Shown piece by piece: positions 46,208 to 53,816 of a stretch of 53,816 bases of DNA (position 1 is the stretch's first letter; every line of letters starts with the position of its first letter). Made by a program: the position numbers and the translations under genes. Below the pieces are notes generated by a model. The model was not told where the DNA came from, ran no database searches, and saw nothing but the letters and a program-made list of their open reading frames with translations. This DNA comes from a virus (Duplodnaviria; Caudoviricetes): positions 1 to 53,816 of IMG/VR virus record IMGVR_UViG_3300045978_000522; one strand, written 5' to 3'.

Positions 46208-46573
46208 TCAGGTCCCGCCAAGGAACGCTTCCCGAACCCGGACACACATCTCCTGGTGACCGGCGACGGCCTCAGCCAGAGAGGCGTACCGCTCACAGGC
46301 CCACTCGTCGCCATCGACGAACACCATGGTTTCCCACAGCAGGGGAGACCCGCCGAAGTACGCCATATCGGTACCCAGGAACACGGTGGAGACGTGAATG
46401 CGCTTGCCGCTATCGCCCTCGTCGTAATCCTGGCTCACCCGGCGGTCGGCGGTTTCCATCCAGCTGGCCCAGGCCACGGGATCCTCGCAGGGAATTGGCG
46501 TCATGCCGTCGTCGGCGAGCGTGTAGAGCAACGGTCGCGTGTCCACGTACCGTACCCGGTACAAGGGCCCCAC
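46208..46573 (-). CDS. Conserved phage hypothetical protein
   Basis: VSTVFLG.D...PLLWETMVF...ERY...EAVAGH. Confidence 0.7.
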   Translation of the reverse strand: MGPLYRVRYVDTRPLLYTLADDGMTPIPCEDPVAWASWMETADRRVSQDYDEGDSGKRIHVSTVFLGTDMAYFGGSPLLWETMVFVDGDEWACERYASLAEAVAGHQEMCVRVREAFLGGT

Positions 46574-47107
46574 CTAAGGGTCCTCTACAGGGCCTCTCTG
46601 GTGGACAACCGGCTCCGGAGCCCCCAGGCGACTGTCGAACTTGGCCATCCTGGCGAGGAAGCGCTCCAGGTTCCTGTTCAGGCGCATCTCAGAGAAGGTC
46701 GGTACCGGATCGGGCTCAGGCTGGTACTCCGGCAACTCGACGCGAATGGGCTTTTCCAGGCGGGCCGGGTCGAACACTTCGCGCAGGCTCTGGGCCCAGC
46801 GCTGGCGCAACTCCCGGGTCTCGGGCGGATCGTCCTGGTTCAACTCCTCCAGGAGCCCGTCCAGGCGAGCCTGGTAGTTGCGGATCCAGCCCAGAAGCAG
46901 GAGCGCGTACACCTGGGGGATTTTCGCTGGCCCACGGCCTGCTTCGCCGAGCGCTCTGGCCAAGCGGCGGGCAACCGCTTCCGCCGTATGAGGCTCCGGC
47001 GGCGGCTGGTTGGCCTTGAGCACTGGCACCGGGCGGATTGGCCGCCTGTGCACACGCGTGCGCCAGTTGTTGGGCGGCTTCCGGGGCAGGCGATATTCGA
47101 TGGCCAT
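46574..47107 (-). CDS. Hypothetical protein
   Basis: 177 aa ORF. Confidence 0.55.
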   Translation of the reverse strand: MAIEYRLPRKPPNNWRTRVHRRPIRPVPVLKANQPPPEPHTAEAVARRLARALGEAGRGPAKIPQVYALLLLGWIRNYQARLDGLLEELNQDDPPETRELRQRWAQSLREVFDPARLEKPIRVELPEYQPEPDPVPTFSEMRLNRNLERFLARMAKFDSRLGAPEPVVHQRGPVEDP

Positions 47108-47242
47108 TCAGGCGCTTTATAGGCGCTTTCCAGCGCACATTGGCCACGAGCGCGAAGCGCCGGGCCTGTACACCGTACCCTGTACAGGGTACACGTACCC
47201 GGTACGGTGGTACCCGGTACGGTACAGGAGTTTCACTTTGGT

Positions 47243-47410
47243 CCTGAATTTTCCAGGGAAATTTTCCATGCACGGGCGGCCGCCTGAAAATTCTCCAAGG
47301 AAATTTTCATGCGGGCGTGGCCCCTGAAAATTCTCCAAGGAAATTTTCATGCACGGAGGGTCCCCTGAAAATTCTCCAAGGAAATTTTCATGCACGGGTG
47401 GAGGCCCCTG
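47243..47410. repeat. Four about 40-bp units with palindromic core CCTGAAAATTCTCCAAGGAAATTTTCATGC
   Basis: Units start at 47243 (degenerate), 47283, 47323, 47364. Confidence 0.95.
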
Positions 47411-47845
47411 CCCTAGCCAGGGGGGCAGGGGTCGCTCCGCTTCGCCCGGGGAAGTGGCGCACAGTACGCCCTGGGCCCCGGGCGTACCGCTAGGATCCTA
47501 GGCAGAGACGGGCTCAACCCCCTACCAGCCCTAGGCGTACAGCTCGCTCCGAAGCGACGCCAATCAGGTAGTATGCGCAGGGTGACCGCGCCTTGCTTTG
47601 CCCGTACAGTCGAGGGAAATTGGCCCTGATGCTCTGGAGACCTTGGCCGGATTCGATCGCAGGCGTGTACACCTGCGCCCAGAGCCCCAGGCGTGTACCG
47701 GCAGGCCCGGGCAACCAAAGCCTAGAGCCTTAGGCATGTCTCTGGAGCCCCAGGCAAGGCCGGCAGAGCCCCAGGCAACGGGCCTGGAGCCCCGTGGGGC
47801 GCCTCCTGGGCAGGACTGACCCGGCAGGTGCTGGGGCGCCTGACC

Positions 47846-47909
47846 CACAAGCGGCTCACAGGCGACCCACAAGCGGCTCACAAGTGGCTCACAAGTGGCC
47901 CAAGCGGCT
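47846..47909. repeat. 11-bp tandem repeat CACAAGYGGCT, five units plus a partial
   Basis: Seen directly in sequence. Confidence 0.9.
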
Positions 47910-48125
47910 TCGAGAGACGTACTAGGCCCTAAAACCCCCAGCAAGGCGGCTGTACGCCTGTCGGAGCCACGCGCCACGAACCAGCAAGGGCGAAAGGTTG
48001 CCTCGCTCACGGGTCGTCAACGCAGCCCGTGAGCCCCATACTAGGGTACGGGTACAGGGCACGGGCCCGCGCGTCTGGTTCAGACGGTGCGGGCCCGGGG
48101 CGAAGGTACAAGGTACGGTACGGGC

Positions 48126-48746
48126 TCAGAACGGATCGGCAATGCCGGCAGGTGCCGGTGTTACCCGGCGTACCGGCGCCGCAACGGGCACGGGAACCGG
48201 GGCGGCTGCCGGCGGAGCTGGCGCGAGAGGCGTTGGCTGGCGCGGGACACGCGATCCGCCCGGCGGGTTGGCCGCTGGCGGGAGAGGCGCGACAGGGGCC
48301 GGAGTTTCGGCCAAGGCTTGATTGCCTGCCGTTTCGGCTGTATGTCGTTGACGGCCACGCAGGAGCCCGCGGAGGAGATCCTGGGTGCCGATCAGGCGGG
48401 CTAGCGCCTCAGGGGACACGCCGCTGGCTGCCGTGACGTTAACCGCCTCAGCGGCTGCTTCGATCGCGTCATCAGGCAGGAGCCAAGTGACATCTTCCGC
48501 TAGCACAAACAGCAGAGCCCGACGGCCGTAGGCGGTCCAACCTTCCGCCGCGGTGCGCGCCTCGAATACGGGCCGGGTTGGCTGGGTAGCCGCTGGGCCT
48601 GTGACAGCAACGGGGGCAGGAGCGGCAGGGCCCGGGCAGCTGACGTGCCGGGCCGGTTGGCCCTTGGCCCAGATGATCGGCGTACCGGCAGTAAACCGGC
48701 CTTTGCAGGTGTGGCAAGTGCCGGCAAATTTCGCGTTAATGGTCAT
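48126..48746 (-). CDS. Hypothetical protein with N-terminal Zn ribbon and Pro/Ala-rich linkers
   Basis: AKFAGTCHTCKG...RHVSC. Confidence 0.7.
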   Translation of the reverse strand: MTINAKFAGTCHTCKGRFTAGTPIIWAKGQPARHVSCPGPAAPAPVAVTGPAATQPTRPVFEARTAAEGWTAYGRRALLFVLAEDVTWLLPDDAIEAAAEAVNVTAASGVSPEALARLIGTQDLLRGLLRGRQRHTAETAGNQALAETPAPVAPLPPAANPPGGSRVPRQPTPLAPAPPAAAPVPVPVAAPVRRVTPAPAGIADPF

Positions 48747-48774
48747 GTGGCTTCACTCCGGAAGTGGGTTGATG

Positions 48775-48807
48775 AAAACGGGCCCGGGGCAACTCAACCC
48801 GGACCCG
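48775..48807 (-). terminator. Intrinsic terminator after the DUF932 gene
   Basis: GC-rich stem CGGGTCCGGG/CCCGGGCCCG followed by TTTT on the minus strand. Confidence 0.55.
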
Positions 48808-48813
48808 GGCGCC

Positions 48814-49836
48814 TCAGGCCGCGACCAGCTCGCGCGCCAGAACAAGAGCATTCGCCTTGATCAGGGCATTGCCGCCAAACACGGCCGACTCATTGGCCTT
48901 GCTCACACCGGCATCCGATTTGGCTTCGGCCGGGCGAACGTGGTCGTAGTACTCAGTCACTGAGTTGTACACGGCCCAGAGGCTTGCGGATCCATCGCGG
49001 GTATCCACGAGCTGGTTGGCCATGGCGGCCCCGCGGCCGTAGAACACGAGTCGCGCGATCGTGTCGCGCCGAGCCTGAATTACCGGCGACGCAGTGAGCG
49101 CCCTCGGGTCACCGTTGGGCGTAACCCTGGTCACAAACTCCGCCACCTGACTGGCCGTTAGCGCCTTGCGCGCCATGCCGGCAAACGTCTCGCCGCTGGC
49201 GATCATCTCGGCCGTCAGCGTGCGCACAAGCGAGGCAGCATCGTCGATACGGGCCCCAAGCGAGGCAGAGTGCCGGAGGCTGAACCAGTTGCGTGCCCCA
49301 CGGGGCGTTGCCATGGCCAGCGTGTTCTGACAAACCACCCGGATCGGCGTGCCCAAGCCAGTGACCCCTACGGAACCGTCGTGACCCCAGTGCAACAGGA
49401 AATACCCGCGGACATCATCGCCGTCTACGGGCGACACGGTAGCGCTGTCGGGAAGCTTCATGAGAAACCACGCTTTTTCACCAACGCCCAGCGCCCCAGC
49501 ACACGCGACGCTGCAACCGACATCCTGCAAGGCTTCAGCGATCCGGGCCACCTGCTCGTTCTGCCCGACCTCGTACCCGCTGCCGACGACCCCGAGAAAC
49601 GTCTCAACGCCCGGGGCGTGCACGTCCAGGCGGACTGTAGCCTTGTGCCCTTTCACCAAGGCGCCGCTCGCCAGAAACAGATCGCGCGTGTCGACGGTGT
49701 AGCGGAGCCCGGCTGCGTCAAGCGCCTCCGCTACGGTCGCGCCAGCAGGCAAGCGCTGGCCTTTCTCGTGCCACGGCGTAGCGTCCTGCCAGGCGATCGC
49801 GTCTATGCCGTTGATGTGAGCAATGTTGTCTGCCAT
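48814..49836 (-). CDS. DUF932 family protein
   Basis: PWHEKG, YEVGQN, GHDGS, TPIRVVCQNTL, LRHS, SLWAVYNSVTEYYDH. Confidence 0.9.
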   Translation of the reverse strand: MADNIAHINGIDAIAWQDATPWHEKGQRLPAGATVAEALDAAGLRYTVDTRDLFLASGALVKGHKATVRLDVHAPGVETFLGVVGSGYEVGQNEQVARIAEALQDVGCSVACAGALGVGEKAWFLMKLPDSATVSPVDGDDVRGYFLLHWGHDGSVGVTGLGTPIRVVCQNTLAMATPRGARNWFSLRHSASLGARIDDAASLVRTLTAEMIASGETFAGMARKALTASQVAEFVTRVTPNGDPRALTASPVIQARRDTIARLVFYGRGAAMANQLVDTRDGSASLWAVYNSVTEYYDHVRPAEAKSDAGVSKANESAVFGGNALIKANALVLARELVAA

Positions 49837-49870
49837 TGGCTTCTCCTCGGAAGTAAGTGGACGTATGCTT

Positions 49871-49900
49871 AGTCTATCGGTATACGCGTAGCTTTGTCTA
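49871..49900 (-). promoter_or_regulatory. Sigma70-like promoter TAGACA-18-TAGACT
   Basis: Upstream of the DUF932 gene. Confidence 0.5.
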
Positions 49901-50067
49901 GGTCTCTGGGGCCCCAGGCGCAAGAAAGTGTGCCGGAGTGTGCATGGGCACCGCCAGGGCCGCGCGACCCCTGATCCCCTGTACAGGGGTGTACTGCCTG
50001 TACAGGCGTACCGGCGTACCGGGTTGGGCCTAATGGTTAGGGCCGGAGTGCCGATACATAGGCTGGG

Positions 50068-50096
50068 TTGACACGTTGGTCTGTATCATGTATCGT
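50068..50096 (+). promoter_or_regulatory. Sigma70 promoter TTGACA-17-TATCGT
   Basis: Consensus -35 and spacing. Confidence 0.65.
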
Positions 50097-50140
50097 CAAT
50101 GCCAGGGCTGGCTATGACCGGCCGCAAGGGGGAAACGGCA

Positions 50141-50245
50141 ATGCTACTGATGGGGTTATGGCTGATAGTCTTGGCTGCCACAATCAATGAGTACCGCTGC
50201 GATTGCAGCGAGGCGGAATACGACGATTCCGATGATCTTGTTTGA
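50141..50245 (+). CDS. 34-aa peptide with hydrophobic N-terminus and acidic tail
   Basis: AAGGGGG SD; first ORF after the promoter. Confidence 0.45.
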   Translation: MLLMGLWLIVLAATINEYRCDCSEAEYDDSDDLV

Positions 50246-50258
50246 GGAAGATCCTGAG

Positions 50259-50465
50259 ATGCGCATTTATGTCGTTCCGCGCCCGTACACGCTCACGTGC
50301 TTGGCGACTGGCACCGCCTACTGCCTCACGTCGGACGAGGCGCAGCGCGTGCTTGACGCCTATGCGCCTGTGCTCGCCACTTCAGCCCGTGTCGTGCTGT
50401 CAGGGCGTACCGTCCTGCAACCAGCAACGCGTGGTGGAGGAACGGCGTTTGTCATTGAGCGATAA
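50259..50465 (+). CDS. Hypothetical protein
   Basis: GAGGA SD. Confidence 0.55.
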   Translation: MRIYVVPRPYTLTCLATGTAYCLTSDEAQRVLDAYAPVLATSARVVLSGRTVLQPATRGGGTAFVIER

Positions 50466-50559
50466 GGTGCGGTACCGCCGTACCGTACCGTACCGCCGTA
50501 CCGGTACGTGCTATCCTGTGAGAGTCGGCAACAAACAACACTCCCGAAAGAGGAGCCCA

Positions 50560-51165
50560 ATGCCCAAGAAAACATCCGCCATCCTCGGTCTCTACATTCG
50601 CCCCACGCGCGACGCCAATTACTTCCACATCCACGCCAGCGCTGTCTGGGTTGGTCTCACGCCTCAGGACATGCAGGATATCGATAACGGCGCCGGGCTT
50701 CGTGCGCCCGTGGCTAACGACCGGATCCGCAACGTGTGCGACGACGATGCGCTGTACCTGCGCGGACTGCGCCTGGGGTCGCTGACCGTTACCTCGCAAG
50801 GCGACAGCGACAGTGCCAACCGCCGCCTGTACGCCTGGGGCGTCGAATACCGCAATGTGTTCTCCGTGGATCGCCAGAGTGCCGAAGGCATGGCCAAGAC
50901 CTTGGCCGCGATCGAGCGGCGCATGGAGGCGATCGCCGTGAAGTACGGCCAGCCGGCAACCTTCGGCGCCTATCTGTTGCGCATGGCCGATGCTATTGGC
51001 GCAACGCGGATCGTGATCCCGGCAGGCGAAATCCGGAGCAGTTATGACGATCGGCAGCATCGCGTGTTGAGCCTGGATGATGGGGCCTATGCCGTTGATC
51101 GCCTGGTGGCCAACTGGGTCGCCGAGACCAGGTCAGCGTCCGTCTCGGCCAGCGAGGCGAATTGA
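50560..51165 (+). CDS. Hypothetical protein
   Basis: GAGGAG SD; extended -10 at 50509-50517. Confidence 0.7.
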   Translation: MPKKTSAILGLYIRPTRDANYFHIHASAVWVGLTPQDMQDIDNGAGLRAPVANDRIRNVCDDDALYLRGLRLGSLTVTSQGDSDSANRRLYAWGVEYRNVFSVDRQSAEGMAKTLAAIERRMEAIAVKYGQPATFGAYLLRMADAIGATRIVIPAGEIRSSYDDRQHRVLSLDDGAYAVDRLVANWVAETRSASVSASEAN

Positions 51166-51478
51166 CCGTGAAGGCGATCACAGTGCGCTATCACGGCCCG
51201 ACGGCGACGCACGGAGTGCGACTCTCGGCCACCGACATGGACGGGAACCGGATCACAGTGCCCTATCCCGACGACGACGGAGTGCCCATGGGGGAGGCGC
51301 GCTACCGCGTCGCAGCTGTGGCCCTCTGCCACAAGATGGGTTGGACAGGTACCTTGGCTGGCGGAGCCATCGCTAGCGGTTACCCGATGCGGCGTAAAGC
51401 CCCCGGCTTCAGCCGTGGGGATATAAGCCGCTCCAATGGATAGCCAATAGATAGCTGTGTGCTGTATACTTCTCATGC

Positions 51479-51880
51479 GTGCGTCTCACGAACTACAAGT
51501 CGAACCGCCACGTCGTCTACTCCAGCAAGTATCACGTCGTCTGGTGCCCGAAGTACCGACGCCCGGTGCTGGTCGGGCCCATCGCCAAGCGATTAGCGCG
51601 CCTGCTGCGGACGCTCTGTGCCGACATGCAGGTCGACGTGCTGGCGCTGGAAGTGATGCCGGATCATGTGCATCTCCTGGCCGAAGTCGACCCCCAGTTC
51701 GGCATTCATCGGCTCGTGAAGCGGTTGAAGGGGCACACCTCGCACGCGCTGCGACAGGAGTTCCCGACGCTGAAGTCCCGGCTGCCGACGCTGTGGACAC
51801 ATTCCTACTTCGTGAGTACCGTCGGCGGGGCGCCGCTCTCGGTGATAAAGCAGTACGTCGAGACCCAGCGTGATGTCTAA
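51479..51880 (+). CDS. tnpA: Y1 HUH transposase
   Basis: YHVVWCPKYRR, DHVHLL, LWTHSYF, YVETQ. Confidence 0.95.
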   Translation: MRLTNYKSNRHVVYSSKYHVVWCPKYRRPVLVGPIAKRLARLLRTLCADMQVDVLALEVMPDHVHLLAEVDPQFGIHRLVKRLKGHTSHALRQEFPTLKSRLPTLWTHSYFVSTVGGAPLSVIKQYVETQRDV

Positions 51881-52988
51881 GCGGACGTTCCGCTACCGGT
51901 TGTATCCCACCACCGCGCAAGGCGACACGCTGGACGCTCACTTGCGGATCTGCTGCGAGTTGTACAATGCCGCGCTCCAGGAACGCCGAGACGCATGGCG
52001 CCTGTGTCGCCGCTCGTGCGGGTTCGCGCAGCAATCGGCGCAGTTGCCCGCCATCAAGCGCGACCGGCCGGACGTGGCGGCCGTGTACTCGCAGGTCTTG
52101 CAGGACGTGTTGCACCGCGTCGACAAAACGTTCCTGGCGTTCTTTGCCCGCGTCCGTCGTGGAGAGCGCGCGGGCTATCCGCGCTTCCGCGCGTCGCAGC
52201 GGTTCGACTCCCTCACCTACCCCCAATCGGGCTTCAGCGTCAGCGGTCGACACCTCGAGCTCTCGAAGATCGGCGCCGTGAAGATCAAGCTCCACCGGCC
52301 GATCCTCGGGACGATCAAGACCCTGACGATCAAACGAGAAGCCGGCCGGTGGTACGCGTGCTTCAGCGTCGATGTGGCGCCTGAGCCGCTGCCCGCGTCG
52401 ACCGCGGCGATCGGGATTGACGTCGGGTTGACCCACTTCGCCACGCTGAGTGACGGCACCGCGATAGCGAATCCGCGCCACGCCCGACGGGCCGAAGCAA
52501 AGATGCGCCGTGCGCAGCGTCGGATCGCTCGTCGCCGCCGAAGAAGCGCCGGCCATCGTGAGGCCGTGCAACTCCTGCAAGCGGCGCACGCGCACGTTCG
52601 TCACCAACGGGCCGACGTGCAGCACAAACTCTCTCGGCAGTTGGTCGACCGCTATGGCCTGATTGCGGTTGAGGATTTGAACGTTCGAGGATTGGCGAGC
52701 GGGAGGCTCGCCAAAGCCGTGCAGGATGCTGGTTGGGCGTCGTTCATCCACAAGCTCGCGTACAAGGCTGAGAGCGCCGGGCGCGTGCTGGTGAAAGTCG
52801 ACCCGCGCGGCACCTCGCAGACATGCCCGTGTGGGGCCCACACCCCGAAGCCTCTGAGCCAACGCTGGCATCAGTGCCTCGACTGTGGGTTGTCGGCCGC
52901 TCGGGATCATGTGTCTGCTCGTCTCATACTCTCGCGGGGACTCCGCGATCAGGACTCAACGTGGGCAACGGTGCCGTGCGTGTCCTGA
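51873..52988 (+). CDS. tnpB: RNA-guided nuclease TnpB
   Basis: YRLYPT, IGIDVG, AVEDL, CPCG...CLDC, ARDHVSARLI. Confidence 0.95.
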   Translation: MSKRTFRYRLYPTTAQGDTLDAHLRICCELYNAALQERRDAWRLCRRSCGFAQQSAQLPAIKRDRPDVAAVYSQVLQDVLHRVDKTFLAFFARVRRGERAGYPRFRASQRFDSLTYPQSGFSVSGRHLELSKIGAVKIKLHRPILGTIKTLTIKREAGRWYACFSVDVAPEPLPASTAAIGIDVGLTHFATLSDGTAIANPRHARRAEAKMRRAQRRIARRRRRSAGHREAVQLLQAAHAHVRHQRADVQHKLSRQLVDRYGLIAVEDLNVRGLASGRLAKAVQDAGWASFIHKLAYKAESAGRVLVKVDPRGTSQTCPCGAHTPKPLSQRWHQCLDCGLSAARDHVSARLILSRGLRDQDSTWATVPCVS

Positions 52989-53042
52989 GAAGCCGCCGGC
53001 TTTAGCCGTGCGGAGTAGTCACGTGTTCGTGTTTGTCGATTC
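52880..53042 (+). ncRNA. Predicted TnpB omega/reRNA (5' boundary approximate)
   Basis: Inferred from IS605 architecture: scaffold to the TCAC right end, then flanking guide GTGTTCGTGTTTGTCGATTC. Confidence 0.6.
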
Positions 53043-53088
53043 GGCCACCCTAACGCCTGTCCAGGCCAAGTAAGGAGAACTAATCGCC

Positions 53089-53538
53089 ATGGCAGCCATG
53101 ACACCACGGCAGGAGCTAATCGGGCACGTCAGCCCGGAGACCGCCTATCTCGTCTCGGATTACCCGTACGGGTTCCGCCTGCGCACCGAGATTCGGTACT
53201 GGGTCGAGACCAGAGCCAGCTACGGCCAGCGCGTCATGAGCCAGACGCGCGATCCGAAGCGCGCCGCTCGCCCCTGGAACAAGCCGAAAGGCTCGACCTA
53301 TGCCGAAGTCAAAGCGCTCTATCTGGACGACTGGAAGCACGTCCAGCACGCCTCGCTGAGCCTTCACAGCACAGAGGCGGAGCTGGTCGCCTTTCAGGCC
53401 ATGTTTCCGCTGACGTGCACCGAACCACGCAACGCCGAATGCCTGTTGTTGCTCATGGCCCGACAGCGGGCTAGTGCACGCCTGAGAGGGGGCGGTACCG
53501 CCGTACCGCCGTATACCGCTGTGCGAGAACCCTCATGA
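53089..53538 (+). CDS. Conserved phage hypothetical protein
   Basis: SPETAYLVSDYPYGFRLRTEIRYWVE...WNKPKGSTY; AAGGAG SD. Confidence 0.75.
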   Translation: MAAMTPRQELIGHVSPETAYLVSDYPYGFRLRTEIRYWVETRASYGQRVMSQTRDPKRAARPWNKPKGSTYAEVKALYLDDWKHVQHASLSLHSTEAELVAFQAMFPLTCTEPRNAECLLLLMARQRASARLRGGGTAVPPYTAVREPS

Positions 53539-53816
53539 AACGCCAAGCCCGCCAGCTGACCACGATCCGCGATCGCGCCGTGCGTCTGGACAGCCAGCTC
53601 CCCCGGGAACAGTCGGAACAGTTCCGCCTGGAGCTGGCCGACCACCTAGTCGTGCTGATGGCCTGGCTGGACCGGTTGGCAGCAGTTGCCCGCACCGCAA
53701 GGGAACGTTTCGTGAGGGTACCGCCGTACCGCCGTACCGCCGTACCGCCGTACCGCCGTACCGCCGTACCGCCGTACCGCCGTACCGCCGTACCGCCGTA
53801 CCGCCGTACCGCCGTA
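53535..53816 (+). CDS. Hypothetical protein reading without a stop into the octamer repeat
   Basis: ATGA-coupled start; MKRQARQLTT...RERFVR then (VPPYRRTA)n; absent from the ORF track because it has no stop. Confidence 0.6.
   Translation, partial: MKRQARQLTTIRDRAVRLDSQLPREQSEQFRLELADHLVVLMAWLDRLAAVARTARERFVRVPPYRRTAVPPYRRTAVPPYRRTAVPPYRRTAV
53718..53816 (+). repeat. Tandem octamer repeat (CCGCCGTA)n, right contig end
   Basis: GTA plus 12 perfect units, same orientation as the left end. Confidence 0.99.

Larger units (their letters stand above)
51384..53022 (+). mobile_element. IS200/IS605 family element (IS605 group)
   Basis: Follows TTAC (51380-51383); subterminal hairpins CCCCGGCTTCAGCCGTGGGG and GCCGCCGGCTTTAGCCGTGCGG; ends in TCAC; no target duplication. 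Confidence 0.92.
51168..53073 (+). pseudogene. Phage gene interrupted by the IS200/IS605 element
   Basis: Removing 51384-53022 restores the frame: ...GGAIASGY|VFVFVDSATLTPVQAK*. Confidence 0.8.

Noticed and set aside
47243-47410. CRISPR mini-array or TIGR array
   Set aside because: The linkers are only 10-13 nt and resemble each other. There is one variable region per unit, and no cas or Nop-domain gene was recognised.
51384-53022. IStron (group I intron-IS hybrid)
   Set aside because: Only about 95 nt separate the left end from tnpA, too little for an intron core.

Overview
The window looks like a near-complete genome of a high-GC temperate tailed phage with a podovirus-like (P22/T7-type) virion gene set. 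It is probably circular or circularly permuted and broken inside a (CCGCCGTA)n tandem repeat that lies in the same orientation at both ends. Modules: (1) early/accessory small genes (about 48-53.8 kb and 0.1-7.4 kb), including DUF932, HTH/RHH regulators, a TolB-like propeller and an intact IS200/IS605 element (tnpA+tnpB) inserted at TTAC inside a phage gene; (2) ejection/internal virion proteins with an SLT lytic transglycosylase (7.5-16.7 kb, minus strand); (3) xis-int and an intact attP-like site (18.8-20.5 kb); (4) recombination/replication genes: PD-(D/E)XK nuclease, AAA ATPase, ERCC4 nuclease and a split family A DNA polymerase, whose UDG+3'-5' exonuclease half and polymerase half are separated by a frameshifted XF1762/Mom-like gene and an NDT-like gene; (5) tail, portal, capsid, scaffold and terminase genes (29.8-44.3 kb, minus strand); (6) a helicase and a repeat-rich, mostly non-coding 45.7-48.1 kb region (candidate ori/pac). 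The most unusual signals are the octamer repeat (a possible phase-variable switch whose dispersed copies mark gene boundaries), dense GTAC clusters, a 40-bp palindromic array and the divergent split polymerase. All family calls come from motif recognition by eye; no database searches were run.
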